DNA of 64,000 nucleotides from Chromatiales bacterium (GTDB taxonomy: Bacteria > Pseudomonadota > Gammaproteobacteria > Thiohalospirales > Thiohalospiraceae). A model generated the notes under the pieces. It ran no database searches. It was not told the origin of the DNA and saw only the letters and a list, made by a program, of their open reading frames with translations. This document shows positions 9,567 to 19,305 of this stretch, one piece after another. Each line of letters opens with the position of its first letter. Positions within the stretch are counted from its first letter, which is position 1. Where the stretch lies: assembly GCA_026982395.1 (NCBI GenBank), contig JALSHD010000100.1:27-64026 (forward strand), read 5' to 3'. Made by a program: the position numbers and the translations under genes.

Positions 9567-10331
9567 TTAAAGAGGGGAGGGCAGTTCGAAATAACCACTG
9601 CGAACCTGTTTGCGCAGGGAGTCAAAAAGATCGGCAATATGTTTGTTTCCATCTGCCTCTTCTACAACCTGGTACTCCCAGTCACTATTGCGATTCAGCA
9701 CAACGCCATAGCGATCATCAGTGGTGACAAAATACATCATCACCATTCCCAGGCGCGCAACATCCGCCAGAATGATCTCGCCCTCTATATCAACAGGCTG
9801 CCGATAGATTCCGTTTTCCCGGGTCAGACGAATCTCGTCTTCATAGAACGCCCACAGACGGGTGGCGGCGCGTGAAGGGCTCATCACCCCCTTGTTCATC
9901 TGATCGCGAATATCCTGCAACGCCTCCAGACGTTCGTCGATCTTGAACGGGAGGCCGAACAGCACCCGATTCCTCGCCTTCTCCAGCGCCTGCAGCAGAA
10001 CCGGTTTGAGGAGTTTGTCATTGGCTCCGGCATTGCGGGCCAGCTCCAGATTCTGATCCAGCTCTTTCTGTAACCTGTCCCGGTTGGCCCTGGCGCGTTT
10101 GATCCGTCCTTCCAGTTCGCTACGCTGCGACACAAGAACAGACATGCGCTGCTTGTGCTCCTCACGCGCGAGGTTCAACTCGGCACTGAGCTCCTCCACC
10201 TCGCCACGCAGCTCGATCAGTTTTTCGGAAAGATTGCCGACGTTGTCCGCAGAGACAGTTTCCGTCAACAAAGCCATTGCCACTCCAGCGATGAGAGGGC
10301 AGAGCCTTGCCTTGCGATCAGTTCTATTCAT
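9567..10331 (-). CDS. DUF3450-like coiled-coil periplasmic protein (TtpB-like), first gene of the TonB2-type operon
   Basis: 254 aa with a signal peptide and long coiled-coil. Its position upstream of the large ExbB paralog matches the TonB2 cluster architecture. Confidence 0.75.
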   Translation of the reverse strand: MNRTDRKARLCPLIAGVAMALLTETVSADNVGNLSEKLIELRGEVEELSAELNLAREEHKQRMSVLVSQRSELEGRIKRARANRDRLQKELDQNLELARNAGANDKLLKPVLLQALEKARNRVLFGLPFKIDERLEALQDIRDQMNKGVMSPSRAATRLWAFYEDEIRLTRENGIYRQPVDIEGEIILADVARLGMVMMYFVTTDDRYGVVLNRNSDWEYQVVEEADGNKHIADLFDSLRKQVRSGYFELPSPL

Positions 10332-10708
10332 TTCTTCACCTGGATAACCAAACCTCGACCAGGGGCAGTATGATATGGACGACCACCCGCCGGGAACGCA
10401 AAGAATAGGCGACTTTTATTACAAAACCGTGTAGGAAATGTTTAAGAATCGTTACAGTGTTGGTTGCGGTGCTAGCCGGAAGGAGTGCCGAGAAGTTTTC
10501 AGGAAATTTGTATGTTTTTTTTCGCTGTTTTTTGAGAAATTTGGCCGTTCGGTTTTTCCTGGTGTGAATAGCTGATGAATCTGCCTCTGCCCGGTTTGAC
10601 TCAGGAGGAAACAGCGTCATCAAACTGCAATGCCTGCTTAATTGTTATGAAACATGCACCACCTAATATTCCCGTCTCCAGCCTGAATCACACTGAAGGG
10701 GAGTAACC

Positions 10709-12550
10709 ATGCAGTTCAAGAAAAAGCAGCTTGTTCGACTGATGAGCCTATCGACCGCAGCGGTCGTCATCTCCATAACTCTGACGGGTTGTATCCTGGA
10801 GAAAGAGGTCACCGGAGTGGAGTTTACCAACACCCCTAGACCTGTAACCGATGGCGATATGGTTCGCACCTATAGCAAAACCACAGCCATTGTCAGCTAT
10901 AGCGATGGCACTACCAAGGAGTACCCTTTGAGCTACCAGAAGCTGTTTGGCGTCAAGGACAGGGTGGGCGGTAATGCTTACCCGGCCGGTCAGCTCTATG
11001 CCCGTGACGGCAGCCCCATCATGGATCCATACGGTCAGCCGGTTATTGCCGAAACACCCGACGGTAACAGCCTGCTGCAGGTGGAGGACAGACTGTTTCT
11101 GGTCACCCACTACGAATATGATTGGCTGCTGAGCGACGGCGCCAAGTCATACAAAACCGAAGACTGGTACAGCCGCATGCCGATGAGCATGACGCTGACC
11201 CACATCGAGCAGGATGAAAATACCGGCATATTGTCCGCAGTCGAGCAGAGGCCCATCGATTTTTCCGCTGTGGGAGGCGTCTGGATCCCCTGCTTTGCCT
11301 CACAGACCCCATGGAACACCCACCTGGGCAGTGAGGAGGACTATGACCTCGATGCCCGCACCATCGAAACGGGCAGTAATGATGCCCTGGCCGGCATGGA
11401 CGACCTCTACTTCGGTGCGCCCGGCAGCGCCAATCCCTATCACTACGGACACTTCCCCGAGATCACCGTTGCCGCCGATGGCAACACCGATGTGGTCAAG
11501 CACTATGCCATGGGGCGTGCAACCTGGGAGATGGCTATGGTGATGCCCGATGAACGCACCACCTTTGCCGGGGATGATGGCAAGAACACCGGGCTGTTCA
11601 TGTTCGTCGCCGATCGCAAGGCGGACCTCTCCGCAGGTACGCTCTACGCCGCCAAATGGACCCAGACCAGCGCCGCCAACGGCGGTGCCGCCACGCTGAG
11701 CTGGATCAGGCTGGGCCACGCCACCGATGCGGAGATAAAGGCCTTGGCAGACAGTACTACCTTCAGCGACATCTTCGAGTTCTCGCCCGAGCCTGCCGAG
11801 GGCTTCAAGGCGATCCGTGCCGGCAGCAAGACCACCGAGTACCTGAAACTGAAACCGGGCATGGAGAAGGCGGCCGCCTTCCTGGAGACCCGCCGCTATG
11901 CAGCGTACCTGGGCGCTACCACCGAGTTCAACAAGATGGAAGGGGTGGCGGTCAATGGTGACGACAAGAGGGTCTATGTCGCCATCTCCAAGATCAAGGA
12001 CGGCATGCTGGAAGATCCCACCGCGCCGGCGGACGACATCCGCCTGCCGAAACTGAGCGCCGGCGCCACCTATGAGATGACTCTGGCCGGCAATCAGACG
12101 GACAGCGAGGGCAACCCCATCGACAGCGACTGGGTCGGCACCGCCATCCATGTACCTGCCGCCCTGCTTGGTGAGGAGATCGCCGTCGATGAGCAGGGCA
12201 ACACCGCCAATCCCGACAGGATTGCCAACCCGGACAATGTGTTCTTCTCCGCCAGGATGCGTACCCTGTTCATCGGCGAGGACAGCGGCATGCATGTAAA
12301 CAACTACGTCTGGGCCTACAACGTGGACACCGGCAAGCTGTCGCGTATCCTCTCCCTGATGGCCGGTGCGGAGGCCACCGGGCTGCAGGCAGTGGAGAAC
12401 ATCGGTGATTACAGCTACATCATGAGCAACGCCCAGCATCAGGGTGATTTCATCAAGACCATGAATGAAGAGCTGAAGAGCCGGCTTGCCGACAAGATCG
12501 ACAGATTCGATGCCCCTGTCGGCTATATCAAGGGTCTGCCCAGGTTGTAA
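10709..12550 (+). CDS. PhoX-family (DUF839) beta-propeller lipoprotein, putative phosphatase
   Basis: 613 aa. Lipobox ITLTGC. Motifs TPWNTHLGSEEDY and NPDNVFF...LFIGEDSG resemble conserved PhoX/DUF839 motifs. GGGGAG RBS 5 nt upstream of the ATG. Confidence 0.6.
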   Translation: MQFKKKQLVRLMSLSTAAVVISITLTGCILEKEVTGVEFTNTPRPVTDGDMVRTYSKTTAIVSYSDGTTKEYPLSYQKLFGVKDRVGGNAYPAGQLYARDGSPIMDPYGQPVIAETPDGNSLLQVEDRLFLVTHYEYDWLLSDGAKSYKTEDWYSRMPMSMTLTHIEQDENTGILSAVEQRPIDFSAVGGVWIPCFASQTPWNTHLGSEEDYDLDARTIETGSNDALAGMDDLYFGAPGSANPYHYGHFPEITVAADGNTDVVKHYAMGRATWEMAMVMPDERTTFAGDDGKNTGLFMFVADRKADLSAGTLYAAKWTQTSAANGGAATLSWIRLGHATDAEIKALADSTTFSDIFEFSPEPAEGFKAIRAGSKTTEYLKLKPGMEKAAAFLETRRYAAYLGATTEFNKMEGVAVNGDDKRVYVAISKIKDGMLEDPTAPADDIRLPKLSAGATYEMTLAGNQTDSEGNPIDSDWVGTAIHVPAALLGEEIAVDEQGNTANPDRIANPDNVFFSARMRTLFIGEDSGMHVNNYVWAYNVDTGKLSRILSLMAGAEATGLQAVENIGDYSYIMSNAQHQGDFIKTMNEELKSRLADKIDRFDAPVGYIKGLPRL

Positions 12551-12560
12551 AACCTGTTGT

Positions 12561-12594
12561 GCGCCGGCTGTCTTACGGCAGTCGGCGTTCTTTT
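12561..12594 (+). terminator. Possible intrinsic terminator after the PhoX-like gene
   Basis: Imperfect 10-bp stem GCCGGCTGTC / GGCAGTCGGC (8 of 10 paired), loop TTAC, followed by TTCTTTTC. Confidence 0.4.
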
Positions 12595-12749
12595 CATCTG
12601 CCTTCCCTGTTTGCGGCATTCACCGGTGCGGGGAGGGTATTGGACAGGTGGTACGAAATGTCCGGGTATGGCAGCTGGATGCTGGCCTCGCCAATGGCTT
12701 CCCGGATACGTTTGTGTCGCCTGCCCAATACTCTTGGACGGGATGAGGT

Positions 12750-14795
12750 ATGTTAATCATGAACAGGCATAACTTCCTGCTGACAACCGTATGGATTGGC
12801 GCCGGCTTTCTGATTCTGACCGGCATGACCCGTTGCGATGAAAGGGTGGCAACAACGATGCCCATCGATGAGCAATCGACTCCGCTCGAAGATCAACCCG
12901 TACCGCACACTACTCTGCAGGGGGAGTTTCTCTCGCCTGCCGTGTTCGGGAACCCCTATTCTCATATCCCTGCTCAGTGTTATGTCGAGACCTCGGGCGG
13001 GACCCAGAATGCCTGCCTGTTCTGTCACACCAACGGGCCGGCACGTGCCGCTCTGGGCAACAACAATCCTCAGGCCGGCATGGAACCGCTGCTCGGCAAT
13101 CTGCAACTGGAATACAGCTTTGTCCAGACCTCGCCGTTCACTCCTCCCGGTTCGATCAATCCCTGGGAAAACACCCTGTTTCCGGAAAGGGTGCGTGCCG
13201 CCGTTACCGCTCGCGGGATAGTCCCCGAGGAGTGGGACATGGCAGCCTATATCCGCGAGGACAACTGGAGTGCTGGCTACCGCAAGCGTGCCGGGGATGC
13301 GAAGGTGTGGGACAGCGGGATTGACGGCCCATTCCGCCTGTTCCCCGGTCTGAACCCGGACGATTTGCCTGCCGACGAAGATGGCTTTGTCCGCACTACC
13401 GTACCAGCCCGGGCGTTCTTAGCCGATGGTACTGGCAGAATCACCGGCTGGCGGGCGGTCAACTTCATGCCCTACGGTATCTTCACCCCCATGACGGGCA
13501 GTGTTTCGGGGATCTACCTCCGTCTGCCGGAGCGCTTCATGCGCAACCGGGAGGGTGTTTTCGACCTGGCGGTCTACCAGGACAATCTGGATCTGCTGGA
13601 AAGAGCGATCCAGGATCGGCTGCGGGATGACGACCTGGATCACTATCACGGCATGGCAGCGGATACGGTGGTGCAGCGCGGGCTCTATCCGCTCGGCACC
13701 GAGTTTGCCCACCCCCTGCACTACGTCGATACTGCGGCCGACGGGTCCAGTCCGTTCAGCCCATTTCCGGGCCTGCGCAGCCGGCGAGTCAAGGAGATCC
13801 GCTTCATGTACAAGCGGGAACCCTATGACCCCCGCTATCTGCTCCCGGGAGACAAGGAGGAAGACGCCCCCATCTATGTCAATCCGCAACAGGGCTGGAT
13901 CGACAATGGCGCCGGCTGGATCCTCGCTGCCTTCATAGAAGACGAACAGGGGGAGCTGCGACCCCAGACACCGGAAGAGTTGATGCAGTGTCTGGGCTGC
14001 CACAGCGGGACAGGGGCTTACGATCCTCCGCTGTTTACTTCGGGCACCGGCAACACCATCGACAGTACCTGGTCGTTCCCCCGCAAGTTCGCCGGGGCGG
14101 CTGGTTGGCGCGAGATGGACTACCTCGGCTACCGCGCCACGCCCGGCGTGGACGACGATCAGACACCCGGTACCGCCCAGCAGGGTGATCCCCTGAACCG
14201 CCACGCCGGAAAAGGTGAGTTCCGCCTGTTCCTGGATCATGTGGTCGGAGGTAACCTGTATGGCGTCATGCCAGCGGCCATGGAGCGTTTCCTGGCCGAG
14301 GTGATCACGCCCGCCAACGGCTATACTGCGGCGTGGCCCTATCTGGATACCACCTCGCCAGAGGCGCTACTGGAGAGCCAGCGGTTGCGTCAGCAACTGC
14401 TGCGCGAGATGACCCGGCGGGGCGATTATCTCGATTCCGCCGGAAACATCCAGCCCGCCCTGTTGTACCCACCATGCCGTGACGCCCTGTCGGCGGCATC
14501 CCGCTACCGTCAGGTGGTGGTCACCCAACGCTACAACAGGGGAAAGGATGTATTTCCGGAGACGCCCTTCACCTTCCGTTACTACCGCACTCCGGACAGC
14601 GCCTACACACATCTGGATGGCAGATCCTACAGGCTGGGCGAGGTGATCACCGACCGATCGATCGACACCGGAAATTCCATCACTGCCGGGGTTGGGATCA
14701 CGCCGACCGGAATTGACCAACTGCTGGAGTTTGATGCGGGGGGAACATACTTCCCGGAATATATGCCGCTACTTTCAGCCCCCGATCCAGAATAG
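12750..14795 (+). CDS. Exported protein with two CXXCH haem-binding motifs (putative dihaem c-type cytochrome domain protein), family not recognised
   Basis: 681 aa with an N-terminal hydrophobic segment (LLTTVWIGAGFLILTG). CLFCH at codons 89-93 (nt 13014-13028) and CLGCH at codons 414-418 (nt 13989-14003). Confidence 0.6.
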   Translation: MLIMNRHNFLLTTVWIGAGFLILTGMTRCDERVATTMPIDEQSTPLEDQPVPHTTLQGEFLSPAVFGNPYSHIPAQCYVETSGGTQNACLFCHTNGPARAALGNNNPQAGMEPLLGNLQLEYSFVQTSPFTPPGSINPWENTLFPERVRAAVTARGIVPEEWDMAAYIREDNWSAGYRKRAGDAKVWDSGIDGPFRLFPGLNPDDLPADEDGFVRTTVPARAFLADGTGRITGWRAVNFMPYGIFTPMTGSVSGIYLRLPERFMRNREGVFDLAVYQDNLDLLERAIQDRLRDDDLDHYHGMAADTVVQRGLYPLGTEFAHPLHYVDTAADGSSPFSPFPGLRSRRVKEIRFMYKREPYDPRYLLPGDKEEDAPIYVNPQQGWIDNGAGWILAAFIEDEQGELRPQTPEELMQCLGCHSGTGAYDPPLFTSGTGNTIDSTWSFPRKFAGAAGWREMDYLGYRATPGVDDDQTPGTAQQGDPLNRHAGKGEFRLFLDHVVGGNLYGVMPAAMERFLAEVITPANGYTAAWPYLDTTSPEALLESQRLRQQLLREMTRRGDYLDSAGNIQPALLYPPCRDALSAASRYRQVVVTQRYNRGKDVFPETPFTFRYYRTPDSAYTHLDGRSYRLGEVITDRSIDTGNSITAGVGITPTGIDQLLEFDAGGTYFPEYMPLLSAPDPE

Positions 14796-14864
14796 AAAAC
14801 CTGCAAATTTCGGGAGCACAATATTGATTGCTGGTCGTTTCCCCAGTGGCAAGAATCGAAGAAT

Positions 14865-14883
14865 CCCGGCAGCAGATGCCGGG
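14865..14883. terminator. Hairpin between convergent genes (dihaem protein / feoC)
   Basis: CCCGGCA / TGCCGGG 7-bp stem with a 5-nt loop. Only moderately T-rich flanks on either strand. Confidence 0.35.
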
Positions 14884-15132
14884 TTAGTTTAATTGCTTTC
14901 TGTACCACTGAACCGGTGTTTCCCGTGCTACCCACTGGTAAAGTTGTTCAGCCGCTCCGCAGCCGTTACAGGAGCTGTCGCAGGGTGGTGCAATAGTGCG
15001 AACTTTTCCCTTGTTTATCCAGTAACCGAGTGCCAGTTCGGCTGCGTCCGGGCTGGTGTTGAAGTGAGTGGCAATGTCACTCAGTGAGGCGGTTCCGCGC
15101 TGTTTCAGGTAGGTGCGTATTTCACCCAGCAT
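14884..15132 (-). CDS. feoC: FeoC-like transcriptional regulator / Fe-S protein
   Basis: 82 aa. Winged-helix-like N-terminus (LSDIATHFNTSPDAAELALGYWINKGKV) plus a Cys cluster (CDSSCNGC). Overlaps the feoB 3-prime end by 11 nt. Confidence 0.8.
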   Translation of the reverse strand: MLGEIRTYLKQRGTASLSDIATHFNTSPDAAELALGYWINKGKVRTIAPPCDSSCNGCGAAEQLYQWVARETPVQWYRKQLN

Positions 15133-17434
15133 TGCGGTGTTGCAGGGTGGGTGCCCTGCTTCCGGCGCGATGGAAAAGGGCGATCATGCTGGCCAGCGCT
15201 GCCAGCAGGCTGCCGCTCCAGAGTAGTGATTGAACCGGGTGCAGGGTGAGGGTCGCCAGCTGGTAGAAAACTACGGCGGTGGTGTAGGCCAGCCCGGTGC
15301 TCCAGCTCACCCCGAGCAGGGTCCACCAGGTTCCCGCTTCGCGCTGCATGGCGCTGGTTGCGGCAACGCAGGGGAAGTAGAGCAGAATGAACAGCAGATA
15401 GGCAAAGGCTCCCACCTGGCCGTCGAAACGGGTTTGCATGGCGAGCAGGGTGGCTTTGTCGACGCCATGTACCTCGGCGGCCTGCTGCAGGTCGGTCAGT
15501 TCGGTGACCACACCCAGACCCAATGGATCGGTCAATTGCTGCAGGGCGGTGTGCAGGTTGGCGGGAATGGTGGCCGCCGCCCCGTGCAACTGCTGCAGCA
15601 GATGAAACGGTTCGTCGTTGACGGTTGCCTCTGATGCCGGTTTGTCGATGTTGGAGTAGAGTGCGTCCAGCGTGCCGACTACAACCTCTTTGGCGAGCAG
15701 GCCGGTGATGATCCCCACTGTTGCCGGCCAGTTCTCTTCGGTGATCCCCATTGGTTCAAACAGTGGCGTCAGGGTTTTCGCGGTGGCGCTGAGGATCGAT
15801 TTTTCCGAATTCTGGTTGCCGAAACTGCCATCGGTTCCCATGCTGTTGGCCAGGGTGATCAGGGTCACCACAATGACAATGATCTTCCCGGCGCCGAGGA
15901 TGAACCCGCTGAGTTTGTTCCAGGTGTTGAGCAGGATGTTGCGCAGTGAGGGGATCTGGTAGGTGGGCAGCTCCATGATGAACTGGTCGGCGGTTCCCTT
16001 GAGCAGGGTTTTGCGCAACACCAGTCCGGTCAGAATGGCGAAGCCGATGCCGGTAAGATAGAGCAGAAAGATGATGTTCTGCCCGCCGCTGGGGAAGAAT
16101 ACGGTGGCAAACAGGGCGTAGACGGTCAGCCGTGCCCCGCAGGACATGAAGGGTGCCATCAGCACGGTGAGAATGCGTTCGTGATGGCTGTTGAGGGTGC
16201 GGGCGGCCATGATTCCGGGAACATTGCAGCCGAAACCGATGATCAGCGGTACGAACGCCTTGCCGGAGACCCCCAGGCGGCGCATGAAGCGATCCATGAC
16301 GAAGGCGGCGCGCGCCATGTAGCCGGACTCCTCCAGCAGGGTGAGAAACAGGTAGAGCGCGGCGATGATGGGAATAAAGGTCGCTACCACCTGGATGCCG
16401 CCGCCAACGCCATCCGCCAGCAGGGTGATCAGCCACTCCGGGGCGGAGTGGCTGCGCAGCAGGTGGCCTCCGCCATCCACCAGCAGAGCCTGGACGGTTT
16501 GGTCGAAGAAGTCGATAAAGGCGCCGCCCAGGTTGATGCTGAACAGAAACAGCAGGTAGATCAGGCCGAGAAAGATCGGGATGCCGGTCCAGCTTCCCAG
16601 CACCCAGCGATCCACCCGGTCGGAGAGGGTGCGGCTCACCTTGCCCTGCTCCCTGACCACCTTTCTTGCCACCGACCCGGCGTACTCGAAGCGCGCATCG
16701 GCGAGCAGGAAATCGAGCTCTTCACCGCTGGTCTGCTCTATCTGCCGGCGATAGTGGCTGGCCTCTCCCTCTCCCCACTGCAGCTGTTGCAACGCCTCGT
16801 TGCGGGGAAGATTTTCAGACTCCTGCAGCGCCTGGATGGCTGCTTCCACGCTGTCGGGGTAGTGGATAACCAGCGGGTGGTGACCGGCGGGATCAAAACG
16901 GGTGATGGTCTGCAGCAGTTTCTCCAGTTGCCGATCCTTGCCCAGTGACATGGCGATGACCGGGCAGCCCAGCTCCTGTGCCAGCTGCTCTGTGTCGATT
17001 TTCATGCCCCGTTTCGCGGCCACATCCATCATGTTCAACAGCACAATGACCGGGACACCCTGCTCGCGGATTTCGGCGGTGAGGAACAGGCCGCGCTCCA
17101 GTGTGCTGGCGTCGACAATATTGATATAGAGGTAGTCGGGGTGCTCGTGCAGGAAGTTGCGGGCGATCTGTTCGTCGATGGAGGTTTCACCCCCTTCCAG
17201 CATATAGACGCCGGGCAGATCGACCACCTTGTATCTCTCTCCCTGATATTCGAACTCCCCCTCCTTGCGTTCCACGGTGACGCCGGGCCAGTTGCCGGTG
17301 CGCTGGCGGGTGCCGGTCAGCCGGTTGAACAGGGTGGTTTTGCCGGCATTGGGGTTGCCGATCAGGGCGATCTTGCGGATCTCTCCCGTTGTGGAAGAGA
17401 GTGGGGCGTTATTGTCACTGCAGCAGCTTTTCAT
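15122..17434 (-). CDS. feoB: Ferrous iron transporter FeoB
   Basis: 770 aa. N-terminal G domain (IALIGNPNAGKTTLFNRLTG, DLPG) followed by a polytopic membrane domain. Confidence 0.95.
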   Translation of the reverse strand: MKSCCSDNNAPLSSTTGEIRKIALIGNPNAGKTTLFNRLTGTRQRTGNWPGVTVERKEGEFEYQGERYKVVDLPGVYMLEGGETSIDEQIARNFLHEHPDYLYINIVDASTLERGLFLTAEIREQGVPVIVLLNMMDVAAKRGMKIDTEQLAQELGCPVIAMSLGKDRQLEKLLQTITRFDPAGHHPLVIHYPDSVEAAIQALQESENLPRNEALQQLQWGEGEASHYRRQIEQTSGEELDFLLADARFEYAGSVARKVVREQGKVSRTLSDRVDRWVLGSWTGIPIFLGLIYLLFLFSINLGGAFIDFFDQTVQALLVDGGGHLLRSHSAPEWLITLLADGVGGGIQVVATFIPIIAALYLFLTLLEESGYMARAAFVMDRFMRRLGVSGKAFVPLIIGFGCNVPGIMAARTLNSHHERILTVLMAPFMSCGARLTVYALFATVFFPSGGQNIIFLLYLTGIGFAILTGLVLRKTLLKGTADQFIMELPTYQIPSLRNILLNTWNKLSGFILGAGKIIVIVVTLITLANSMGTDGSFGNQNSEKSILSATAKTLTPLFEPMGITEENWPATVGIITGLLAKEVVVGTLDALYSNIDKPASEATVNDEPFHLLQQLHGAAATIPANLHTALQQLTDPLGLGVVTELTDLQQAAEVHGVDKATLLAMQTRFDGQVGAFAYLLFILLYFPCVAATSAMQREAGTWWTLLGVSWSTGLAYTTAVVFYQLATLTLHPVQSLLWSGSLLAALASMIALFHRAGSRAPTLQHRNAG

Positions 17435-17677
17435 CTATCCATTCCGGGCAGAACGGCAGGCCAGGATCTGGCTGGCGACTCCCAGCCCGAGGCTGATGCG
17501 GCTGTTGCTGTTTTTGACGACCACGTCTCCGTGCCGGTTGCGCAGCAGTTCAACCTCTTTGCCGACACCCAGCCCGAGTCCCATCAGGCGGCATTGGGTT
17601 TTTTTGTCTGCAGTGATTGCCGTAATGGTCAGGTGTGCATGCTCCCTTGCATCAGAAAGTGGTTGACTGTTGTGCAT
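17435..17677 (-). CDS. feoA: FeoA
   Basis: 80 aa SH3-like FeoA (RLMGLGLGVGKEVELLRN). Its stop abuts the feoB start. Confidence 0.85.
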   Translation of the reverse strand: MHNSQPLSDAREHAHLTITAITADKKTQCRLMGLGLGVGKEVELLRNRHGDVVVKNSNSRISLGLGVASQILACRSARNG

Positions 17678-17697
17678 GGCTGACGGTTCTTAAACAG

Positions 17698-17716
17698 GAA
17701 TGATTCTCAATATTAT
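17698..17716. promoter_or_regulatory. Candidate Fur box upstream of feoA
   Basis: GAATGATTCTCAATATTAT matches the 19-bp Fur consensus GATAATGATAATCATTATC at about 12 of 19 positions by hand alignment. Located 21-39 nt upstream of the feoA start. Confidence 0.25.
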
Positions 17717-17797
17717 AGGTATAAGAGAACCAAATGCAAATGGTTTTCATCTGTGCTCTGTTTCTCAATTCAATCAGTACTCCATCCAGGTAATAAA

Positions 17798-18481
17798 TCA
17801 GGATGGAGCGCCAGGGGAGACGTAGTGTTGCTGCAGTATCCGGGCGGTGAAACGGCTGCGCAGATAAAATCCCCTTGGTGTGGTGGGGACGCGATTCCCG
17901 GTGGCATCGATGCCCCAGGTGAGGGATTTGGCATCAGCTGCCTTGGGGCGGATCTGCAGTACGCTGCCGTGGTGCGCTGTGATCTTCTCCAGCTCCCCCA
18001 GGCAGACCATATCCATCAGCTCCTCCCAGTCCTGTTTCAGCGCCGCCTCCTGCTGTGGATCCGGGCTCCACAGCAGGGCGGTGCCGATACGTCTCTGTGG
18101 CAGGGGAATGGCGGGGTCCGCCTCGATGGGGACCCACAATACCCGCCGCAGCTTGTTGTGCACCCACGACTCTTCCCAGCTTCCGGCGCTGTTCTCCAGT
18201 GGAACGGTGCAAACATAGGTGGACTCTTTCGGCAGGCCGCGGGTGTCGATGGGCAGGGTTTTCAGTTCGACTCCGATAATCTGGAAGTCCGGTTCCGCCA
18301 GTGAGCCTGCACTGGCGCCCAGGACAGTTTCCAGCAGTTGCCCGATCCATCCCTTGTTGCGGCGCAGATCGGCGGGGCAGGGCCAGCCAGCCTGGGCGGC
18401 TACCTGCTCCAGCCGTAACCCTGCCACGGAGTTGGCTCGCTCCAGCAGCTCCTGTTCAGTATTCGGTGGCGGTGGTCTCAT
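17798..18481 (-). CDS. mutH: DNA mismatch repair endonuclease MutH
   Basis: 227 aa. NKGWIGQLLE..LGA.AGS...PDF...GVELKT motifs are typical of MutH. Confidence 0.85.
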   Translation of the reverse strand: MRPPPPNTEQELLERANSVAGLRLEQVAAQAGWPCPADLRRNKGWIGQLLETVLGASAGSLAEPDFQIIGVELKTLPIDTRGLPKESTYVCTVPLENSAGSWEESWVHNKLRRVLWVPIEADPAIPLPQRRIGTALLWSPDPQQEAALKQDWEELMDMVCLGELEKITAHHGSVLQIRPKAADAKSLTWGIDATGNRVPTTPRGFYLRSRFTARILQQHYVSPGAPS

Positions 18482-19305
18482 GGCCGGGATGCTGCTGGGG
18501 TGAGTGTTCCGGTGAGTACGGTTATGGCTGTTCCTCCAAGGATAACCCGGTCATCCCGCAGCTCCATGTGAACGGTTCCCCCTCGTTCCGAGGCCTGAAA
18601 GGCGGTTAGTTTGTTGCTCTTCAGGATGTTTTCCCAGTAGGGGGCGAGGGTGCAGTGGGCCGAACCGGTAACCGGATCTTCGTTGATGCCGGCGCGGGGA
18701 GCGAAGAAGCGCGATACGAAATGGCAGTCACTGCCGTCGGCGGGAGCGGTGACAATTACTCCGCGGGTGTCGATGGTTTGCAGCCGGGTAAAATCGGGTT
18801 TCATTTCACGAACAGTTGATTCACTCTCAACCCGTAGCAGGTAATCGTATTGATTACGCAATACCTCGGTTGCCTCAGTGCCAAGTGCTGAGGAAAGCCC
18901 CTCCGGACAGGGCGCCGGTGTTGCGGGTGTGGCCGGAAAATCCAGTTCGATACAGCGCTTGTTGCGGAGGGCAGCCAGTACGCCGCTGCGAGTATGGAAA
19001 TAGATCTCGGTGTCAGTGGTAACGGCCTGTTCCCACAGCAGATGCGCCGCCGCCAGGGTGGCATGCCCGCACAGTTCGACCTCGGTAACCGGGGTGAACC
19101 AGCGTAGTTCAAAACCGCTCTCCAGCGGTGTTACAAATGCCGTCTCGCTCAAATTCATTTCCGCGGCAACTGTTTGCATCCATGCTGTATCTGTCTTTCC
19201 GGAGAGCAGGCAGATGGCGGCGGGATTTCCGGCAAAGGCCTGATCGGTAAAGGCATCCACCTGGAATATGGGGGTATTGTTTGTCACGGGAATCTGTTTC
19301 TCCAT
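18478..19305 (-). CDS. PhzF-family isomerase
   Basis: FQVDAFTDQAFAGNPAAICLL is a typical PhzF N-terminus. I prefer the internal ATG at 19305 (MEKQIPV...); the ORF extends to 19353. Confidence 0.8.
   Translation of the reverse strand: MEKQIPVTNNTPIFQVDAFTDQAFAGNPAAICLLSGKTDTAWMQTVAAEMNLSETAFVTPLESGFELRWFTPVTEVELCGHATLAAAHLLWEQAVTTDTEIYFHTRSGVLAALRNKRCIELDFPATPATPAPCPEGLSSALGTEATEVLRNQYDYLLRVESESTVREMKPDFTRLQTIDTRGVIVTAPADGSDCHFVSRFFAPRAGINEDPVTGSAHCTLAPYWENILKSNKLTAFQASERGGTVHMELRDDRVILGGTAITVLTGTLTPAASRP

Noticed and set aside
10332-10708. Looked for Fur boxes or sigma-54 promoters in the divergent TonB2 / PhoX-like control region
   Set aside because: No segment matched the 19-bp Fur consensus or TGGCAC-N5-TTGC well enough by eye. 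A PWM scan is needed.
11300-12619. 439-aa minus-strand ORF
   Set aside because: It is antisense to the PhoX-like lipoprotein gene, which has a lipobox, an RBS and family motifs. The antisense product is G/A/V/L-rich with no motifs.
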